In this document: positions 26,850-36,458 of the stretch, piece after piece | How positions within the stretch are numbered: the first letter of the stretch is position 1 | Layout of the letters: every line of letters starts with the position of its first letter | DNA from: Setoptus koraiensis | Lineage: Eukaryota > Animalia > Arthropoda | Direction: 5' to 3' | DNA: 64,000 bases | Assembly (NCBI GenBank): GCA_048013815.1 | Contig: CM106585.1 | Span: 4,712,001 to 4,776,000, forward strand | Notes under the pieces: generated by a model | The model's input: only the letters and a program-made list of their open reading frames with translations | The model's database searches: none | Told to the model about the DNA's origin: nothing | Program-made: the position numbers and the translations under genes

Positions 26850-27420
26850 GGCCGAGAATGGTCGAGAAATTCGATCTGATTGATGAGGAAGGCGCAACAA
26901 TTTAATGAAAAGCTTAATCTACGGATTGTTACAAATAATAATAATGTATTTTCAAGATTAAAAAAACTTTCGTTCGCCATGTTGTTGTTGTTGCGCCTTG
27001 TGCTAAACAGTGAATGTACAACCAGTGATCGACGAAAACCCGCGCTTATAGTTTCATGATCTGCCACTAGATAGCACCACTTGTCCATAAACTTTACTAA
27101 AGGGCGCGTTTTCGTCGATCACTGGTTGTACATTCACTGTTTAGCACTAGGCGCAACAACAACACAACATGGCCAACGAATGTTTTTTTAATCTTGAAAA
27201 TACATTATTATTATCAGTAACAATCCGTAAATTTAGCAGTTTCGTAAATTGTTGCGCCTTCCTCATCAATCTGATCAGATCTCTAGATCTGATTCGGGAG
27301 AACTGGATCTTCTCCTCGATCCAATTTTTGGCCAATAATGATTTTTGGTGTCTTTTAGGTATTTCTAGTGCCGTGGAGTCTGTAATTAGAAGAAGGATAC
27401 AAACTAGGCTCGAAAACCGG
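26846..27420. repeat. Foldback (hairpin) unit A: about 173-bp inverted arms around a about 57-nt loop; probable long-TIR MITE
   Basis: Left arm about 26873-27045 is the reverse complement of the right arm about 27104-27276. Confidence 0.85.
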
Positions 27421-27705
27421 CCATGGCCGAGAATGGTCGAGAAATTCGATCTGATTGATGAGGGCGACGCAACAACTTATTAAACTGATAGATCTACGGA
27501 TTATTACAAAAACTAATAATGTACGTTCATTAAATAAACATTCGCTCGCCATGTTGTTGTTGTTGTTGCGCCTTGTGCTAAACAGTGAATGTACAACCAG
27601 TGATCGACGAAAACCCGCGCATATAGTTTCATGATCTGCCACTAGATAGCACCACTTGTCCATAAACTTTACTAAAGGGCGGGTTTTCGTCGATCACTGG
27701 TTGTA

Positions 27706-29033
27706 CAGTGTGCGCTTTTCGGGTGTTCTCCGAAAAGACGACACACTCCGATTTCCTTCAAACTTCACATATGGGCTCCGAAGGGGCCCCAAAGAACAAA
27801 TAAAGTGGTCCGGAAGTGCGGAAATTTCTACTTCCGGAGTTATAGAAAAATGCATTTTTCGGGCCTCAGAGGGGCCTCAGACCTAAAATTTCTGTATGAT
27901 TGTCTAGATCCACATGCTATCTATGTGATAGCGTTTAGATAAATCTTCTACATCAACTCGTTCGCGAGATATTCTACAATAAGTGCAAGTCATGCTTCCG
28001 GTTTTGAAACTGATGTTATTCGGCTGTACTACCAACTAGTTACGGTCTCTAAAGCAAGTTCACACCCTATATAGAAGAAACACGGGCCCCGCCCATTCGA
28101 CTCCCAGTCCTCGGGAAGAATCTTTTTTAGTTTGGTGGCCGTCAGTCGTCCCGCCGGAGGCCGCAGGCCGTAGGCGTGGACGACTGGAGGCCGAACCCCT
28201 TCTCCGGCCCAGGCCCAAGATGCATGGCAGAAGGAAGGGCTATTGTACTGCCTTAAACCCTGGCCCTGAACCATTATTAGTAGGAGTCCTGCCCGAGGAT
28301 AGGACTTCAGGCCCAGCCTGGGGTGTTACATGCGGAGTATATCCCACAGTTTTGGGGTATATCCTTAAATTGATTATGCGCGGTTTCAATTCGTGCCGTG
28401 CGCATTGGTCACGCCTCTTCAGTTTGATCACTTTTATTTTCTTGCTTTAGCTTCTAGGTACAATCTACCACCGATGCGAAGACCTTAGTACCCTACCCGA
28501 TGTCCGTGCGGGTGAGTACGGCCGACTGTACTGTCAATATGCCCTCAAATACCCTAAAATACCCAGTATGCGGTATCTCGGGTATCTCGGGTACGGGAAA
28601 TTTCCGCACTTCCGGAATACCCATTCCGGTATCAAGGCACCATACCCTACCCATAAATACCCGAAATACTCAAATTGGGGTGTGTCGTCTTTTCGGAGAA
28701 GCCCCCGCTTTTCCCAATGACCCTGGCCGAAGTTAATTTTTATTCCGCCAGAGGCGCGCAGAGCGTGTTTGGATGCACACACAAGCCTAGAGTGTTACGT
28801 TAAATATTCATTTATTCTGATTTAACAGAGCATTCATTTTAGCAGGTGAGGTTACGTGTTTTTCATCGCGAGGTGGCGCGTCAGCAGTTCATATTACTGT
28901 GCGCGATCCTGCAGATAAGCACTATGCAAGTTTAACTGCTACTCGCTTACACTGCATATTAAAAATCCAAGAGCGCCGCCCTGGCGGAATAAAAATCAAC
29001 TTCGGCTAGGGTCATTGGGAAAAGCGCACACTG
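27706..29033. mobile_element. Tc1/mariner-type MITE (335 bp when reconstituted) carrying a 985-bp insertion in its left TIR
   Basis: TA target duplication (27704-05, 29034-35) and CAGTG termini. Joining 27706-27720 to 28714 restores a 53-bp TIR with 2 mismatches to the right end. No transposase. Confidence 0.9.
27721..28705. mobile_element. Non-autonomous DNA transposon E1 with GG-terminal TIRs and 8-bp TSD (Merlin/MULE/hAT-like; superfamily unresolved)
   Basis: TSD CGCTTTTC at 27713-27720 and 28706-28713. Left TIR GGGTGTTCTCCGAAAAGACGACACAC versus right (reverse complement) GGGGCTTCTCCGAAAAGACGACACAC. Confidence 0.9.
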
Positions 29034-29348
29034 TACATTCACTGTTTAGCACAAGGCGCAACAACAACAACAACATGGCGAGCGAATGTTTATTTAATGA
29101 ACGTACATTATCAGTTTTTGTAATAATCCGTAGATCTATCAGTTTAATAAGTTGTTGCGCCGCCCTCATCAATCAGATCGGATCTCTCGGTCTGACTTGG
29201 GACAACCCGATCTCCTCCTCGATTCAATTTTTGGCCAATAATGATTTTTGGTGTTTTACGGGTATTTTTGGTACCGTGGAGTGTTTAATTAGAAATCGGA
29301 TACGAACTAGGCTCGAAAGCCTGGCTAAGGACCATATAGTATGACCTA

Positions 29349-29563
29349 TTAGGTTGTAAAATAAGTAACTAGATTGAGCAACTTGCGTTCAAGTCCATTC
29401 AAGTCCATTTTGATAAAAAATTGAACCAGAAAAGAACAAATAAAGAAAACAAAGCGAAATTAACACAGCAAAGCAAAGGAAGCGATTGCATCGTTGGGGC
29501 GAAATTTCGAAGAATTCGCGCAATCGCAAGTTGCCCAATCTAATTACTTATTTTACAACCTAA
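29349..29563. mobile_element. Mariner-type MITE (215 bp) inserted in codon 3 of the RagC pseudogene
   Basis: TA TSD (29347-48, 29564-65); 39-bp TIR TTAGGTTGTAAAATAAGTAA... with 2 mismatches. TTAGGT termini are typical of mariner elements. Confidence 0.9.
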
Positions 29564-29859
29564 TACTTTGTTCACAACTCCTTCTCGGAAGGCTTCGCAT
29601 ATGAACACGAGGGCGATGACGACGACGAACCATTCAATGAAACTAGAACTGACGACCAGGACCGTAATAATATCACCTCGTCCGATGGTAAGCCACGCAT
29701 TTTGATAATGGGACTCAGAAGAAGTCGTTAATCATCCATCCAGAAAGCTGTCTTCCACAAAATGTCACCTAATGAGACGCTATTTTCAGAAAGCACAAAC
29801 AAAATAGTGAAAGACGACATATCGGATTCCTCCTTTGTTTCGTTTGTCATCTGGGATTT

Positions 29860-30791
29860 GGGTGTTCTTGCGAAGTGGGCGTAGACCAGATCGCGACCAA
29901 ACTCACGGTGTGAGTACCTTAGAGGTCCCTGATGAGAAATATTTTGGACCGGAAGTGTAGAAACTTCCGGTTCCGGTTTTAGCTTCATCTTTGAGATACA
30001 GCCTTGAAACTCGGTATGTTGGTATATCAGACTACTACAACCTCGATGACATCATTTTCAAATCTCTACAACTTCCGGTTCTCGAGATATTCAGGAAATT
30101 TGCATGTATGGGCGAATCTAGGCCGGTCTGGGTCTGTTCAAAGTAAAAATCTTAAACCCAGAGCACAGGGTGACACGCATTCATGAACAAAACCCGGCCC
30201 GATCACGGGCCCCGCCCACTCGACTCCCAGTCCTCGGGAAGAATCTTTTTTAGTTAGGTGGCCGTCAGTCGTCCCGCCGGAGGCCGCAGGCCGTAGGCGT
30301 GGACGACTGGAGGCCGAACCCCTCCTCCGGCCCGGGCCCAAGCTGCATGGCAGACGGAAGGGCTGTTGTATATTATACACAAGTGAGCATGGGTACCCCT
30401 TGTACCTCGTGCTACCCGCAACGGTCATGCCGCACTCATGCGGTTGTGATTATTACCCTCGCGTAGCCTATTACATACTCGGGTACCTGAAATACCCGGG
30501 TAAACCCTCGTATCGCACCTCGGGTTCATTTTCACACTTCCGGTATAGTATTTCTGAGCTCAGAATACTCGACTGTACCTTGCTGTAACAAAAATACCTT
30601 AAAAAAAGCAGTGGGAACCGCTAGCGGTCGTCGGGTATCTCAAAACGCCCACTGTGCGGTACCTCGGGTAACTCGGAAACCGTAAGTTTCTACATATTAT
30701 AAATACCCATTCTGGTATCAGGGTACTATACCCTACCCAAAAATACCCAAAATACCCAGATCGGATCTACGCCCACTTCGCAAGTATAACC
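29860..30791. mobile_element. Non-autonomous DNA transposon E2 (932 bp), related to E1, inserted in the RagC WDF motif
   Basis: 8-bp TSD TGGGATTT (29852-59, 30792-99); imperfect TIR around CTTGCGAAGTGGGCGTAGA; shares a 167-bp GC-rich core with E1 (30204-30370 vs 28081-28247). Confidence 0.9.
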
Positions 30792-31191
30792 TGGGATTTT
30801 CCTGGTCAAATAGATTTCTGTGATCCAACCTTTGATTCAAAGCACATTTTCGGCAAATGCGATGCATTGGTGTTCGTTATAGATGCACAAGACGATTGCG
30901 AAGCCATGAACAAACTACATATGACTGTGGTTCATGATCATAAAATTAACCCAGATATAACCTTCGAGGTATTTATTCATAAAGTAGACGCACTATCAGA
31001 CGATAGCAAGATTGAAGCTCAGAGAAATATTAATCACCGTGCAAGCGACAATTTAAGTTCGTTCACTCTTCCGAAGAGAGCCTATTGATCTTGAGGAGTT
31101 TGTTTGCTGGCTCACTTTCTGGTTACAAGACAGCATTTCCAATAGATGTACAAACTGAGTGTCATTCAATACTATTTTGATTTGGTGGCAT

Positions 31192-32805
31192 TTACACAGT
31201 TTTATTCAATACCGGAAATGTGAAGTTATTTGGGGCCAAATTAGCAGATGATTTTAGTTCTAGTTTTCGGACAAAACTTGGTAGTTGATTAATCGAAACT
31301 ACGATTGTTATGATCAATAAATTTATACGAATCACACTCATGAAGTTCATTTTAAGCAATTTCGACGGGCCAATTGAACAGATCTCATCAACGAGCCGCC
31401 TCAGCAGTAAAATCTCATTTCTTTTAATGAGTTCATTCGAACCATCAAGCACGTGGTTGCCTGCCATTCTGAGACTGGCGAAACCTATAGGTCGATGATT
31501 GTTGTGTCGATCATAATTTTTGTCACCAGAGCAGTTTGACCGGTTGGTCATGATGTCAAAAGCCGAAGTTGTTTGTTTATGGGAACGTTCTCTCTTTGAC
31601 TCTTCTCTAATCGCTCGATGATGTGTATTCTTCATGTCAGTATCTACATGTGAATATTGCCTAACTGTTTCTTTTTCACTGCATCCAGAATTAACCATTG
31701 GACGCTTACTGTTTTGCACGAAGCTAGTTACTTTTTCATCTAGTCTCTCGGGCCATCCATCTCGCATATCCAAGTAATGATTGTTTTCCATTAGATTCAG
31801 TAACAAACGAGATTTCAAGTAAATTCTATTGTATCCATCGATTGTCATCAACATGCGAGCTGTTAAAGCTGAATGGTTTACCAGCAGGCTCATGATAGCA
31901 ATTTTTTTGCCCCTTTCTATTGATTCTAGGACGGAAAAAACTCGTCTCAATATTATTGATGCGGCATGAATGTTACCCACGATGTATGCTAGGCTGATTT
32001 GCTGTCTAACTAGTAGTAATGCATCGCGAATCTGTGTAAGTGTATCGAGAATAACTGATGGTGCTAAATCATTTCTTTTGGCTATCAATAGATCTATTCT
32101 ATCTGACATGGACAATGTTATTCGATATGTTATATAATATATGCCAACATGAGTACAGACCAATAAATGTTGATCTGCTGAATACAACAAAAACATGAGA
32201 AAAGGTTTCTTTTCTACAATACAATTCAAATAAAATCTCGAGGACATCAAACTGCACCATATATAAACAAAATAACCATAATCTCGAATTAATTTCAGCA
32301 GAGTACTAAAAAATCTCATCCTGCCTATATTTGGGGTGCCTGTTTTCTGTTCCTTGAGGGATGATAAATCGCAATCCCTCTTGTTTAGTATTAGATCAAA
32401 ATAATGATAATTCAAAATGCCTGGCACAAATGTTACAATATGTAGCAAAAAGACGAAAATGTTTGGCAGGAAAACCACAAAAAAATGGCGAGTTTTATCA
32501 AGTCCGTGTAGATTCTTGAATGAGCTCAACCAATACCTGTTCGGGACCCTCATATCGTTTGCGTAGGTCAGGCAATAAAGGGTATATCCACTAGTTAATA
32601 AGCGTTGAACAATGTTGATTGGTAGCGAAGTGGTCAATTCAAGCGAGCCTGCCAATCTGAGCATGAGCTCAATCCAATAGATACGCTTCTTTAATGTTCC
32701 ACACTTCTCTTTTTTCGCGTTACCTCTATAATCATCGGAGCTAGAGACTTTTTCATTCTGTGAATATTCATAATTTCGAGTTTGCTCATCCGCAAGATCA
32801 ACCAT
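31192..32805 (-). CDS. Gustatory-receptor-like (7TM ion-channel fold) chemoreceptor candidate, 537 aa
   Basis: About seven hydrophobic segments; C-terminal ...LLIITIVVSINQL resembles the GR TM7 T(Y)hhhhhQF motif; a large hydrophilic loop precedes TM7. A 75-nt GT-AG intron (32813-32887) could add an in-frame upstream exon (MLSMLCQTERKHK). Confidence 0.55.
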   Translation of the reverse strand: MVDLADEQTRNYEYSQNEKVSSSDDYRGNAKKEKCGTLKKRIYWIELMLRLAGSLELTTSLPINIVQRLLTSGYTLYCLTYANDMRVPNRYWLSSFKNLHGLDKTRHFFVVFLPNIFVFLLHIVTFVPGILNYHYFDLILNKRDCDLSSLKEQKTGTPNIGRMRFFSTLLKLIRDYGYFVYIWCSLMSSRFYLNCIVEKKPFLMFLLYSADQHLLVCTHVGIYYITYRITLSMSDRIDLLIAKRNDLAPSVILDTLTQIRDALLLVRQQISLAYIVGNIHAASIILRRVFSVLESIERGKKIAIMSLLVNHSALTARMLMTIDGYNRIYLKSRLLLNLMENNHYLDMRDGWPERLDEKVTSFVQNSKRPMVNSGCSEKETVRQYSHVDTDMKNTHHRAIREESKRERSHKQTTSAFDIMTNRSNCSGDKNYDRHNNHRPIGFASLRMAGNHVLDGSNELIKRNEILLLRRLVDEICSIGPSKLLKMNFMSVIRINLLIITIVVSINQLPSFVRKLELKSSANLAPNNFTFPVLNKTV

Positions 32806-33626
32806 CTTATGTCTGTTATTTTATCTCAAATGGAGTCCGATCGTAATTTGAAAATTATTATACCGCAACAGGATGATCCGAACTTACTTGCGTTCTGTTT
32901 GACACAGCATTGATAGCATGATGTAATTCAACTCCAGCTGCGCGACTAGCAAGCTTTCTCAGCTATAAATCACTATTGAGGTACTAGAAGGTAAAATATG
33001 AGAGCAGTAAGAGTTTAAATTGATTTCCGTGTTCGCTAGACAATCGGTTTCGCACGATAATTTGTAACGTTTAATAAAGAACTCTGATTCTTAGCAGATA
33101 CCAAGGGCAAAAAATTCTTTTCGGCAGTGTAAGCGAGCTCTTGGAACTCTTTGTCGGACTATAGCAACAATAATGGGAATATTGGTAACTATGCGATCTG
33201 TTATTCTGCTGTCGTGACGTTTTCATGCTCCATTTCGGTTTCAGCTCCGACTCGAAGCAATTCGCACGAGCTAGCGACTATCAGGAACTAGACTTGAGAA
33301 GGCGCGCTGCAATACTTACTGATTAGTGAACCTACTTGCCTGTAAAATTCCCCTCCGTCCGAAATTTCTTAGAACCCTCGAAATGGCTCTAATTGCGAAC
33401 CTTTACACTGTACTTAACCAGTGCTCGTGTATTAGCATGTATATTAATATCATGTCCATCGATGATTCAATACAAAGTTTGAACGATCTGTTACCCTGAA
33501 TATCAAGCTGAGTTCGAGTAAACAAGTGAGCCTTTCTTTTTGCAACCACAGTCATAGTTGGAGACTAGACTGATTACAACGAGCTGGACTGAGAATTAAT
33601 CAATTAGACTAATCATTCAATTGTGA

Positions 33627-34550
33627 TTAGCATTTATTGTAGAGCACCAACTTGGTGATTAAATAAGACTTTAAGTGGGCCCGATCTGGCGATGATAGTT
33701 TGCCGTACAATTTTCCGACATAGCCGGATTTTCGAATAGATGCAGTAACAATCGTTAGTGTTACTAAATCAAGTCGAATAAAATGCTTGATATTCTTACT
33801 ATACCTACCTGACGGCCGAATCGAACAAATCTCATCAATAAGCCGCCTCAACAGTGAGGCGCCTCGGTCGTTCTCGCCAAGTCTTTGATTTTTTTGGCCG
33901 TCGTGATGTTCGGTAGATAATAGTTGCCGTTATTTTCATTTTGATGCTTTTTGGTGCCGAAATGGTCCAAGCGAAAAGACAAATGGTTGTTGATCAGTTT
34001 GTTCCCTAGAACTCCAGGAGATAGAGCATAGCGCTCACCACAGTCAAGAGAAATCGGGGATATCCAGCAACAAAAAATTGACAGTTCGTGATAGACAACT
34101 CGAACTCCAAAGACCATAAGCGAACCAATTGCAGTTGCGTGATTACTATCTGACAACTATACGAAGCGGAATGTAAAAAACTGGGAAACATTTCAAAGGA
34201 TTTTGTAGTCACCTCACCAAAATTCCATAATTAACTAACGGATCAACTGATCATGGAAGGAATGCAATAGATTAAATCTGACACAATAAACCATATCTCG
34301 CACGTTCGAAGCTTCAATTTATCCTTTCATTTGTGTCGATTTTTCTTTCATTTCATTGTTTGCTGTTGGATGCATATGATCTATGAATTTGACTAGAAAA
34401 CATTATGAAATGTTCGAGTTTTGATTCCTCACAAGTGGTGGTGTTCAGATATTTGTTCAATGTAGAAAATATCCGCGATTTTAAATCGCCTAACTCTATC
34501 CACCTTGCGTTTCGATGAGACTCCTTTAACTATCTCATAATTTCCGTAAA
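33627..34550 (-). pseudogene. Frameshifted paralogue of the GR-like gene
   Basis: RRLIDEICSIRPS...IRLDLVTLTIV matches RRLVDEICSIGPS...IRINLLIITIV; RIFSTLNK resembles RFFSTLLK in another frame; many stops and frame changes. The 5' limit is approximate. Confidence 0.6.
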
Positions 34551-35096
34551 CTTTCTGTTCTTTCAGAAGATGGTAACAGAAATCCACGGCTTCAATTCTT
34601 CTCTGCTGGCCTAACAATGTAATCATGACGTAGCCTGTCTAATTGAGTTGTAACCCTAAAAGTTGTTTCAAGGTAGTTCGTTGTGGTTGATTGATGGTAC
34701 TCTCCACCACAACGAAGTTTAGAAATTCTTGTCATTTGCATGAAAACGCTGAAAAACGCTTATTAGGATTTGAATTTACGCAAATGAAAAATAAGCGCTC
34801 TCTTGCCCACTTGTGAGATACATGCACGTACTTAATTCATTGGGAGCACCAATGTTCATTTAACAGCAGCAGCATCACCATTGTTCTCTGTCATCAGTGT
34901 GCATTCATTTTTAAGTCGTGATGATTATTTATTCATAATGTCAACAAAACAAATATCATTATTATCATCATTCATGGTAAATTATTAATTATTCCCTTGT
35001 TATCTAATCGTTTAATACAACCCACCGGACAACACTGTACAACATCGATATTGTTTTTACTGATACCATTTTCGCTTATTTTTTCTGGGGAAAAAC

Positions 35097-36407
35097 ATGG
35101 ACAAGGCACCACAACAACAAAAACCAGATATTACTTGTTTACAATTCTTTGAGCAGCTCGAACAACAAAACAATTTACACATAGATACAACTAATAATGG
35201 ACCTAATGTTGCCAATCAATCAACGCAACAACAACAACAAAATACTAGATCTACAACAAATAATAATCAAATTAATGATGACGGCCGCAGCACGTGCCTT
35301 AGGAGATGCGATCACAATTCAAAATTAAGCACCGCGTTATCACATATGCTTCAGAAGGAATTTATGGTGGATGTTACAGTTTCCTGTGATGATGGACAAC
35401 TAAATGCTCACAAACTAGTGCTAGCGGCTTCGTCATCATATTTTCGTACCTTGTTTCTCAAAAAGCCAAACACACATCATTATCCTATTATTGTCTTGAG
35501 GGACATAGCCTTCATGGACCTCAAGACTGTCATAGACTTCATGTACTACGGGGAGGTTACAATCACATCCGAACGATATGATTTAATTATGAAATGCGCA
35601 ACTTTTCTATTGGTCGAAGGTATCTCAAATTCATTTAACAATGTTGTCGCTACCTCACAACAAGACGACACATCGCAATGCAAGATGACTACATCATCTT
35701 CAACATTGATGCAGGATATGTCAGTTGGACAGGACAGCACACTACTTAGCCTGGACACTACTATGTATAGGGCCCAGTTGAGCGAACAACAAAATCCTCC
35801 AATTAAATCTGATGGAAATGATGCAGCTTGTCATAATGATACTGTTTGTGGTGGCCAATCAAAAGATCAAAGGATTTTGCACTATAATTTCAATCCATTC
35901 AATGAACATTTTAGAAAACTGAGAGAGCACATAGTCACAATAACTGAAGAAAATAAGCGACTAAGTGCAAGGCTCGCGTTACTAGAAGCAGGAAATGACG
36001 CCAATCTAACTAGAAAAATTGATGATGCTATTGAACATTCACAGGAATTGGAAACTCTCAGAAAGCAGGTCATGGAGGCTGAAACACGGGAGGCGAAAAT
36101 AATGGCCTCATTCAAAAAAACAAGCAAGGATTTTCGAACTATGTGCTACTTATTGACAGGTTTCAGAATAGATGCGCTGAAAGAAAGAAAATATAGATTG
36201 TCTAGCATGTACGCGGAATCGCCTGATGATGTACTTTATTTTGAGACCAGTCCAGATGGAAGTGTACAATTGCTCCAAAACGGATATAGTGAGAGGTTAT
36301 CTGAATATGTTGAGACGTATTTACAGCGAGCTGATAGTTTTCCAGCCTTCTTGGCGTCAATAACGTTGGATCTATTCAAGGCTTCGACAATGATCAACAT
36401 AAAATAA
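35097..36407 (+). CDS. MAD1: BTB(POZ)::MAD1 C-terminal chimera, 436 aa, single ORF
   Basis: aa about 73-176 is a tramtrack/broad-type BTB (DVTVSCDDGQLNAHKLVLAASSSYF...VIDFMYYGEV). From aa 259 the protein matches MAD1: MAD2-binding motif RILHYNFNP (human KVLHMSLNP), coiled coil, and CTD (FRTMCYLLTGFRID...YRLSSMYAE...DSFPAFLASITLDLF). Confidence 0.85.
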   Translation: MDKAPQQQKPDITCLQFFEQLEQQNNLHIDTTNNGPNVANQSTQQQQQNTRSTTNNNQINDDGRSTCLRRCDHNSKLSTALSHMLQKEFMVDVTVSCDDGQLNAHKLVLAASSSYFRTLFLKKPNTHHYPIIVLRDIAFMDLKTVIDFMYYGEVTITSERYDLIMKCATFLLVEGISNSFNNVVATSQQDDTSQCKMTTSSSTLMQDMSVGQDSTLLSLDTTMYRAQLSEQQNPPIKSDGNDAACHNDTVCGGQSKDQRILHYNFNPFNEHFRKLREHIVTITEENKRLSARLALLEAGNDANLTRKIDDAIEHSQELETLRKQVMEAETREAKIMASFKKTSKDFRTMCYLLTGFRIDALKERKYRLSSMYAESPDDVLYFETSPDGSVQLLQNGYSERLSEYVETYLQRADSFPAFLASITLDLFKASTMINIK

Positions 36408-36458
36408 AAACATCAAATTATCAGTAGCCATGTACATATATGGAAAAGAAATAGTTGA

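Larger units (their letters stand above)
27421..29330. repeat. Foldback unit B, tandem to A; right arm interrupted by nested transposons
   Basis: Same start as A (ccatggccgagaatgg) and same loop. The right arm is split at TA 27704-05/29034-35 and resumes to about 29179, followed by the same tail as A. Confidence 0.85.
29341..31055 (+). pseudogene. RRAGC: RagC/RagD small GTPase pseudogene, 3'-truncated and twice interrupted by transposons
   Basis: Removing two insertions gives MTYFVHNSFSEGFAYE...[31 protein letters not shown]...WDFPGQIDF...VFVIDAQDD...FEVFIHKVD...HRASDNL. The P-loop GKS has become R* (TAA at 29729-31). The roadblock domain is absent. Confidence 0.92.

Noticed and set aside
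26846-29330. Repeat-spacer-like pattern suggesting a CRISPR array
   Set aside because: The repeats are long inverted arms with TSD-bounded insertions, with no constant 25-45-bp repeat and unique spacers, no cas genes, and a spliceosomal-intron context.
26837-29344. Repeated ORFs (MDKWCYLVADHETI...; MANECFFNLENTLL...)
   Set aside because: They arise from the AT-rich hairpin arms in both orientations and are not supported as genes.
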